Part shown: piece after piece, positions 33,081-38,031 of the stretch
Position numbering within the stretch: the stretch's first letter is position 1
Layout: the number at the start of each line of letters is the position of its first letter
Assembly: GCA_047633715.1 (NCBI GenBank)
Contig: JBLIFI010000001.1
Coordinates: 1-38,031, forward strand
Direction of reading: 5' to 3'
DNA from: Flammeovirgaceae bacterium
Lineage (GTDB): Bacteria > Bacteroidota > Bacteroidia > Cytophagales > Flammeovirgaceae
Length of the DNA: 38,031 nucleotides
Program-made: the position numbers and the translations under genes
The notes under the pieces: model-generated
Told to the model about the DNA's origin: nothing
What the model saw: only the letters and a program-made list of their open reading frames with translations
The model's database searches: none

Positions 33081-36000
33081 CTATCTATCTATGATCACCT
33101 TTCCAGTTCTAGAAATAGTTGCACCATCGGTAAATGCTTGTACGGAGATTTTGTATATGTACAATCCATTTCCAAGTCGGCTTCCCGAATTTCCCGTTCC
33201 ATCCCAATCGAGAATATTCATTTGTGCCTCGGAATTAAAAAAATTGCCTTGGAAGGTGGAAACTAATTTTCCAGTCATATCGTAAATTTGTAATCCGACC
33301 GAAAGCTTGTCTCCTGCCCGATTGTGCGTGAAGGAAAATGTAGTTTGGTTTTGCATCGGGTTCGGGAATGCCAAGAGTGATTCGATTTTCAATTCGCCAG
33401 TTACCACAAAATCCAGTTCTATTTCCCTACCATTATTATGCGTATCGAAAACTGTAAACTTGAGTGTGTGCTTGCCAGGTTCTAGCGCATCGGGAATTTG
33501 GAATTGGAGATTTCCTTTTGTGAAATCATCTAAAACTGGCTCGAAAAACTCGTTCACTTCATACAAATACTCATCTTCATCTATGCTGATTGTCAAGTCG
33601 TGCCCAACTCCCAAACCTGTGAAGTTGAAACCACTTGCATCGGAAAGCGTGGCAATGACCAACGGCTGTCGGGAAACAGTTTGTCCATTTTGGAAATTCT
33701 CATCGTTCAGGAAAACGGCAGCAGTTGGAGCTTCAGAGTCGGAGGTCGGGTTTGAGCTACTTCCGCCAATCTCGAATAAGTAAAATCCACCTGCATCTTT
33801 ATTTTGCGTTTCATCTTTGGCGTAAAGGCTAATTTTACCTTCTCCCAATTGGTAATCAATATCTTTCGGGACTACCAAAGTGAAAGTAAATTCCCCATTC
33901 ACTACACTTGCTTTCCCTTTGAAAATCTCACTTTCTATGCTTTGGAAAGTCATTTGATTATTCTCGCTATCATCTCCTAAAGTGGTAATGCTCACAGGTT
34001 TCTCAAAAACCACCACATCCAACTCGCCATTGAAACTGCTTGAAATCATGCTATTTTCTTGTATTTCGCCACTTAGAATTACCTTATCTAGAGCGGAAAT
34101 AGAATTTGTGGAACTTCCACTCTCAAATTTCATCTCAGTAATTTTGGTCTCCAATTCTGGGTAAGCCAAACGCATGGAAGGATCGCCCAAGAGTGAAAAA
34201 TTACGGTTATTGACACCTTGAATTGAGTTATTTTTAGTGATTCGGATAACATCGCCAATTCTTGGCATTTCCCCATCAATTGGTTCAAAAACCGATTCGT
34301 AAAATGCCTTATTGATTGTCAAGTTCGAGGAAGAAAACACAGGGCGAGTGGTGGTTAACAAGCCGATTGCCCCACCAATTTCACTTTTCAAAGACAACTC
34401 CGCACCAGAAACTTGGCTTGGATCATCGTATCTGCCAAACTCGCAAGTGGCAGTTACCAACAGAGGCAAATTATCTAGATTATTCCAACTCTCAATATCA
34501 TTATTATTCAAAATATTCTCACTCGCCCAACCTCTTTCGTTACCATGCCCCGTAAAATTGATAATCAGCGAGCCATCCTCAGCAAACTTCTTAATTTTCT
34601 CTCGCATCACTAAAGAAGTTTTTCCCCCGTTCAAAATCACTTGCGGGTAGGCATCCACAAAAAGTCGATTTACGTTGTAGGTCGGATAACCCTCTTCGGA
34701 AATTTTGCCCAAAATATCTGCATGTCTTTGATGTGTGTTAAAATCGCCATCATCGGCTGTGAGTACAATATTTTTTCGCCACTTCCCTAAGCTTTTCAAA
34801 TTGGTAGTATAGCGAGTGAGTTTATTGACCATGGTTTGTGCTTCGGTCGGAGTTTTTGCAGGAAGTCTTCCTACACCAATTTCCAAGGTGTGCGTGCTGG
34901 TTGCCCCAGACTCTGCCCACTCGCCTTCATTAGTCTCAAAAAAGCCAAAATAATCGTCCGAAGAATAGGTACTGACAGGATTGAAAGAGTTTCTTGACTC
35001 GTAAATAGGCACGAAACTGCTCACTCCATCCTTGTAATTGTAGGAAGCATCTCCAAAAAGCAACAAATATTTCAGCTTGTTGGGTTCTTTCAAATACAGC
35101 ATTCTCGCAAAGTCCCGAATGGCGGAAACATCGGCTTTTCCAGCAGCAAATTCATTATAAACCGTTTGAGTTTCTACCACTTCCACTGTCAATTTATCAT
35201 GGTTTCTACGCAAATCTGCCAATTCATCGGCTTGTTGCCTAAACAACGGATGCGTAACAATTAGTAAGTTTGGAGTGGAAAGCCCGTGCAAATTTTGGTT
35301 TTGAATTTCGCTAATAGATTGGGGCGATTTTATAATTTCCGAAGGGTTGAAAACCACAAATTCCTTTAAACTCGAATTGGTTTCAACTTGGAATTCTCCA
35401 ATTGTGCCATTCAAATTAAAAGCCTGTTTTTTGGGTTGGAGTGGGTTGGAAATATCCCAAATTACTGAACTCGTTTTTAGGTTGGAGACCGTAAATTTGG
35501 AAATTGAATGGTTTAACGATTCAATATTTCGGAAACTGGTTTGTGCTCCGTAGAGTTTCAAAGTTCGCTTGGCATTGATGGCAATAAAATCCAAATAGCC
35601 TCTTGAACTCGAATTACCTTTATTATAGGTTAAGTCAATTTTGATTCCCGAATCGGTATTTAAACTACTCGAATTAAGTGAGAAAACTTGACTATTTGCT
35701 CTTGCCTGAACTACATAAACTCCATCGGGGCGAGAGTCCGCTTGGAGATTTCCCAAAGCACTTTCATTCAGTTTGAAATCGAAGCTACTTACTGCCGAGG
35801 AACGAGTCATCACCTGAATTTTTGCTCTGATTTCCGAATTAGGTACAATCCCTTCTAGTTGGAAATTGAAACTTTCTTCGGTATTGAAATTGTATTCATC
35901 GCTATACCAATCTCTGCCAGAAGTGAGCAGATTGAAGTTTTCGGGTTCAACATAGGCAATACCATCAAAATAATTTGCAGAGAAAGTCGAGCCTGTGATG

Positions 36001-36470
36001 TTGGCTTGTTCGAGAATTTGTGAGGAATTGCTGTTTCCAATTTTTAGGAAAACAGAATTTTTTGTGGAATACAAGTTCGTTTCTTTCAGAAGCACTTTCT
36101 CCGACTGGAAATAAGTGAGTTTATCTGCACCTTCGGCATAAAACAAGATAAAATCTCCTGCATCGAAGCTATTGTCTGCGCCACCAGAAACAAAAGTGAT
36201 GAAAGCCTGTAAATCATCTGTTCGGATTGCCGAATTAGCTTGTGGTAACATTCCGCCTTCATGCCCCAAAATCTGCACTTGGTTTGGGTTCACTCCATTC
36301 AAATTGACTCCATTGGAAGTCAAGAAATTATGGGAAATCTTATAAACTCCAGTTTCGGAAACTTCCAACTTATATAGTTTCCCAGTTGCCAACTTAGATT
36401 CGGTAGCGAATTGGGAGAAGGAAACGAAACTTTGGAGAATCAGAATAAATATGCCGATAAACTTCTTCAT
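33081..36470 (-). CDS. porU: Type IX secretion system sortase PorU (C25 peptidase-like)
   Basis: About 1130 aa with a signal peptide MKKFIGIFILILQSFVSFSQ. Contains LLLFGDASYNYKD, GVGRLPAKT, TADDGDFNTHQRHAD, FTGHGNERGW and LLVTATCEFGRYDDP (His/Cys catalytic contexts). It has its own C-terminal CTD-like beta-sandwich. I prefer the start at 36470 to the ATG at 36590. Confidence 0.85.
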   Translation of the reverse strand: MKKFIGIFILILQSFVSFSQFATESKLATGKLYKLEVSETGVYKISHNFLTSNGVNLNGVNPNQVQILGHEGGMLPQANSAIRTDDLQAFITFVSGGADNSFDAGDFILFYAEGADKLTYFQSEKVLLKETNLYSTKNSVFLKIGNSNSSQILEQANITGSTFSANYFDGIAYVEPENFNLLTSGRDWYSDEYNFNTEESFNFQLEGIVPNSEIRAKIQVMTRSSAVSSFDFKLNESALGNLQADSRPDGVYVVQARANSQVFSLNSSSLNTDSGIKIDLTYNKGNSSSRGYLDFIAINAKRTLKLYGAQTSFRNIESLNHSISKFTVSNLKTSSVIWDISNPLQPKKQAFNLNGTIGEFQVETNSSLKEFVVFNPSEIIKSPQSISEIQNQNLHGLSTPNLLIVTHPLFRQQADELADLRRNHDKLTVEVVETQTVYNEFAAGKADVSAIRDFARMLYLKEPNKLKYLLLFGDASYNYKDGVSSFVPIYESRNSFNPVSTYSSDDYFGFFETNEGEWAESGATSTHTLEIGVGRLPAKTPTEAQTMVNKLTRYTTNLKSLGKWRKNIVLTADDGDFNTHQRHADILGKISEEGYPTYNVNRLFVDAYPQVILNGGKTSLVMREKIKKFAEDGSLIINFTGHGNERGWASENILNNNDIESWNNLDNLPLLVTATCEFGRYDDPSQVSGAELSLKSEIGGAIGLLTTTRPVFSSSNLTINKAFYESVFEPIDGEMPRIGDVIRITKNNSIQGVNNRNFSLLGDPSMRLAYPELETKITEMKFESGSSTNSISALDKVILSGEIQENSMISSSFNGELDVVVFEKPVSITTLGDDSENNQMTFQSIESEIFKGKASVVNGEFTFTLVVPKDIDYQLGEGKISLYAKDETQNKDAGGFYLFEIGGSSSNPTSDSEAPTAAVFLNDENFQNGQTVSRQPLVIATLSDASGFNFTGLGVGHDLTISIDEDEYLYEVNEFFEPVLDDFTKGNLQFQIPDALEPGKHTLKFTVFDTHNNGREIELDFVVTGELKIESLLAFPNPMQNQTTFSFTHNRAGDKLSVGLQIYDMTGKLVSTFQGNFFNSEAQMNILDWDGTGNSGSRLGNGLYIYKISVQAFTDGATISRTGKVIIDR

Positions 36471-36673
36471 GCGATTTGGCGAGTTGAGTAAGTGATTTGG
36501 CAAATTTACGAAGGAATTGCCTAATTCTAAGAATCGAATTTTAAGCAAAATGGTTTCAAAAGGTGTATTTTTAGATAGGAGAATTAACATTTTTCAGTAG
36601 AATTGATTGGAAACCAAAAACCTCTACACTTAAAAAGCATAGAGAGCCAAGTTATATCAATTTGTTCTTCCTA

Positions 36674-36887
36674 CTAAGCATTCAACTTAACATCTAAGCT
36701 CATTTCCGTTTTGAATAGTTTGGAAACTGGGCAAACCTCTTTGGCTTTATTAGCGATTTCCACAAACTTGCTTTTGTTTGAAGCAGTAAGTCGATTTATC
36801 CAAAACTCCACTATCCGTAGAAAACTCACTTTTTCTATCTTTTACTCCGCCTTCCAAATATGTTTCTACTTTTCTTGTGAATTTCAT
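36674..36887 (-). pseudogene. osmC: OsmC remnant with an internal deletion and frameshift
   Basis: Frame 1 from 36887 reads MKFTRKVETYLEGGVKDRKSEFSTDSGVLDKS.. and resembles the E. coli OsmC N-terminus (..AHWEGDIKRGKGTVSTESGVLN). A different frame ending at 36674 reads ..FVEIANKAKEVCPVSKLFKTEMSLDVKLNA* and resembles the OsmC C-terminus (..IIQKAKAGCPVSQVLKAEITLDYQLKS). The whole remnant is 214 nt, against about 430 nt for an intact gene. Confidence 0.6.
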
Positions 36888-37108
36888 GGTTTTTAGTTTT
36901 TTTTGATTGAAGTACTTATGCATATATCCTCTTGGAGGACTCGGAAAATTTGAGTGAAGCAAAAAAAAATGTTAGAAGAACTCTATGATTGATTGGTAAT
37001 AAACCAGTTCATGAGTCAAATCGTATTGCTTATATTAACTCATAATACACCATGATGGAACAAAAGCCCTGCTACAACAAATAGTCAAAACCTCTAAACA
37101 GGAACAAC

Positions 37109-37519
37109 ATGGGAATTATACTCTTACCTTTCATATTTGGTGCATTATGCATCGGAATATATTCACTAATTCAATCCATCAAACACATTAGAAAAAAGCA
37201 GATTAATCTGACAGAGATAATACTCGGATTGGTAGTTTCTTTGGTTCTATTTGGCTTGGTATGCCTGAGTTATATTATTGAAGGAGATATTTGGGCATTG
37301 AGTCCCATGATGAGAATCCCTATTTATCTGCTCATTATTCCTTTTGCTCTCCATGTTTTGACCAAAAGAAGCAAAAAACCAATCCTTGTGAAACTTTCAA
37401 AAGTATTGCTTATAAACGTTGTCTTTTCCGCTCTTTTAGGAATTGTGTATGGAGGTTTGATTTTTGAGATTACTGCATACTTTGGATTAACACCCAGTTT
37501 GATAAGTATACGAGAATGA
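37109..37519 (+). CDS. Small hypothetical membrane protein (4 predicted TM helices)
   Basis: A 136-aa ORF with four hydrophobic stretches separated by basic loops. No family recognised. Confidence 0.6.
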   Translation: MGIILLPFIFGALCIGIYSLIQSIKHIRKKQINLTEIILGLVVSLVLFGLVCLSYIIEGDIWALSPMMRIPIYLLIIPFALHVLTKRSKKPILVKLSKVLLINVVFSALLGIVYGGLIFEITAYFGLTPSLISIRE

Positions 37520-37589
37520 TAAGACAACCAGTTCTTGCAGGTTTTACTAAAAATAGTTCTCATATCATACTACTATACATTTTTCATTT

Positions 37590-37725
37590 TCCTCGGAGTC
37601 GCATCGGATTTGAGAAGTTGAGAGCAATGACATCGGCCATCCGATCCTACCGAGAACTGTCAGAACTGACGGCAACCGTGGAACGGTTCTGACCAGAGTC
37701 ACGCTGACAGGCACAGTTTTACTTT
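37590..37725. other. GC-rich, hairpin-dense patch: candidate structured RNA or a short foreign coding remnant
   Basis: Local GC is clearly above the surrounding AT-rich DNA. Stems seen: ctcgg/ccgag, atcggat/atccgat, ctgtcag/ctgacag, aaccgt-gga-acggtt, and tcagaac/gttctga. Confidence 0.35.
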
Positions 37726-37765
37726 TGTACAGTAGTATGTTCTCATATATACATAACAAAAATGC

Positions 37766-37894
37766 TTGTCTGACAATTTTTGTGATTCAAGGTGTTACGT
37801 GAGACATGCAACGAGGAAAACTATATTTGATTGGCTAGAAATCAGGTTCTTTAATCGAGTAATTTCGACCTCCACAAAATTTGTCAGAGAACCA
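37766..37894. repeat. About 130-nt structured element, copy 2 (paralog of 3998..4127)
   Basis: The conserved ends are the same as in copy 1. The long-range stem tctgacaatttttgtg (37769-37784) / cacaaaatttgtcaga (37873-37888) pairs at 15 of 16 positions. Confidence 0.6.
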
Positions 37895-37905
37895 CAAAAA
37901 TAAAG

Positions 37906-38026
37906 TGGTTCTATCGTGAATTTGGGTATTGAGTGCAATTCATGATTTTGAAGTTTAAGTTATTAGGTTCAAGTGTGGACGCTTGGGAAGCCCCGCTTGA
38001 ACCAGTTTTATTGCTTGTTTTTCGAG
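37906..38026. repeat. Right arm of the perfect 121-bp inverted repeat (partner 1..121)
   Basis: Exact reverse complement of 1-121. The last 5 nt of the window (38027-38031) extend beyond the point where the left arm is cut by the window edge. Confidence 0.9.
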
Positions 38027-38031
38027 TTTTA

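Noticed and set aside
36471-36590. N-terminal 40-aa extension of porU, and the similar 32-aa extension of the DUF4174 ORF at 32915..33010
   Set aside because: The extensions precede clear signal peptides (MKKFIGIFILILQ.., MLKLTLLFSLLL..) and have no signal-like character themselves. The internal ATGs are the likely starts.
36711-36962. Overlapping 61-aa (+) and 70-aa (-) ORFs
   Set aside because: The minus ORF is the 5' half of the decayed osmC read into the wrong frame with a spurious upstream extension. The plus ORF is its antisense shadow.
37590-37725. Possibility that the GC-rich patch is SRP (4.5S) RNA, tmRNA, RNase P RNA or a tRNA
   Set aside because: I could not find the SRP domain IV motifs (GGAA loop with flanking AGG / GAAGCAGCC), a tmRNA tag ORF or tRNA-like end, the RNase P GAGGAAAGTCC motif, or a cloverleaf. 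It is left as an unassigned candidate.
37324-37759. Minus-strand ORFs 37324..37563 and 37565..37759
   Set aside because: The first is antisense to the four-TM membrane-protein gene. The second covers the GC-rich hairpin patch, and its translation (..VPVSVTLVRTVPRLPSVLTVLGRIGWPM..) looks like read-through of structured DNA.
1-38031. Terminal inverted repeats as evidence for a phage or linear plasmid genome
   Set aside because: The gene content is ordinary chromosomal (cdsA, radC, porU, TonB receptor, sensor kinase). There are no capsid, terminase, replication or partition genes. Flanking IS or duplicated gene copies, or a contig-edge repeat, is more plausible.

Overview
This 38 kb window is AT-rich chromosomal DNA that looks like Bacteroidota. 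The evidence is a type IX secretion (T9SS) sortase PorU, a T9SS C-terminal sorting domain on a giant surface protein, a CarboxypepD_reg-type TonB-dependent receptor, and DUF2911/DUF4174-type secreted proteins. All family names come from motif recognition by eye; no searches were run.

I support about 25 protein genes:
- Housekeeping and envelope genes: DUF2007, cdsA, an OsmC-family protein, radC, a family-5 ABC substrate-binding lipoprotein, and a DUF389 protein.
- Signalling genes: a CheY-like receiver, a TPR histidine kinase, a MoxR ATPase, and a YafY/WYL regulator paired with a GyrI-like protein.
- A 1714-aa T9SS adhesin-like protein.
- A co-directional minus-strand block: porU, DUF4174, a DUF5685-family protein, then a TonB-dependent receptor.

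The most unusual gene is the DUF5685-family protein. It carries a 115-residue Gly/Cys tract with 36 cysteines, built partly from a 39-nt tandem coding repeat, followed by a coiled-coil tail.

Other observations worth a second look:
- The window is bracketed by a perfect 121-bp inverted repeat that runs off its edges. This could be flanking IS or duplicated-gene copies, or a contig-breaking repeat.
- An unannotated 54-aa mini-protein consists only of a signal peptide plus an exosortase-type (PID-GG / TM / basic) sorting tail.
- A roughly 130-nt element with a conserved long-range stem occurs twice.
- At least three families of small palindromic or MITE-like repeats are present, one nested inside another.
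- An internally deleted osmC remnant lies upstream of porU.
- A GC-rich, hairpin-dense patch sits near the right end.
- An 860-bp gene-free region lies upstream of a GCS2-CBS fusion gene.

I saw no rRNA genes, tRNA genes, CRISPR arrays or phage genes.
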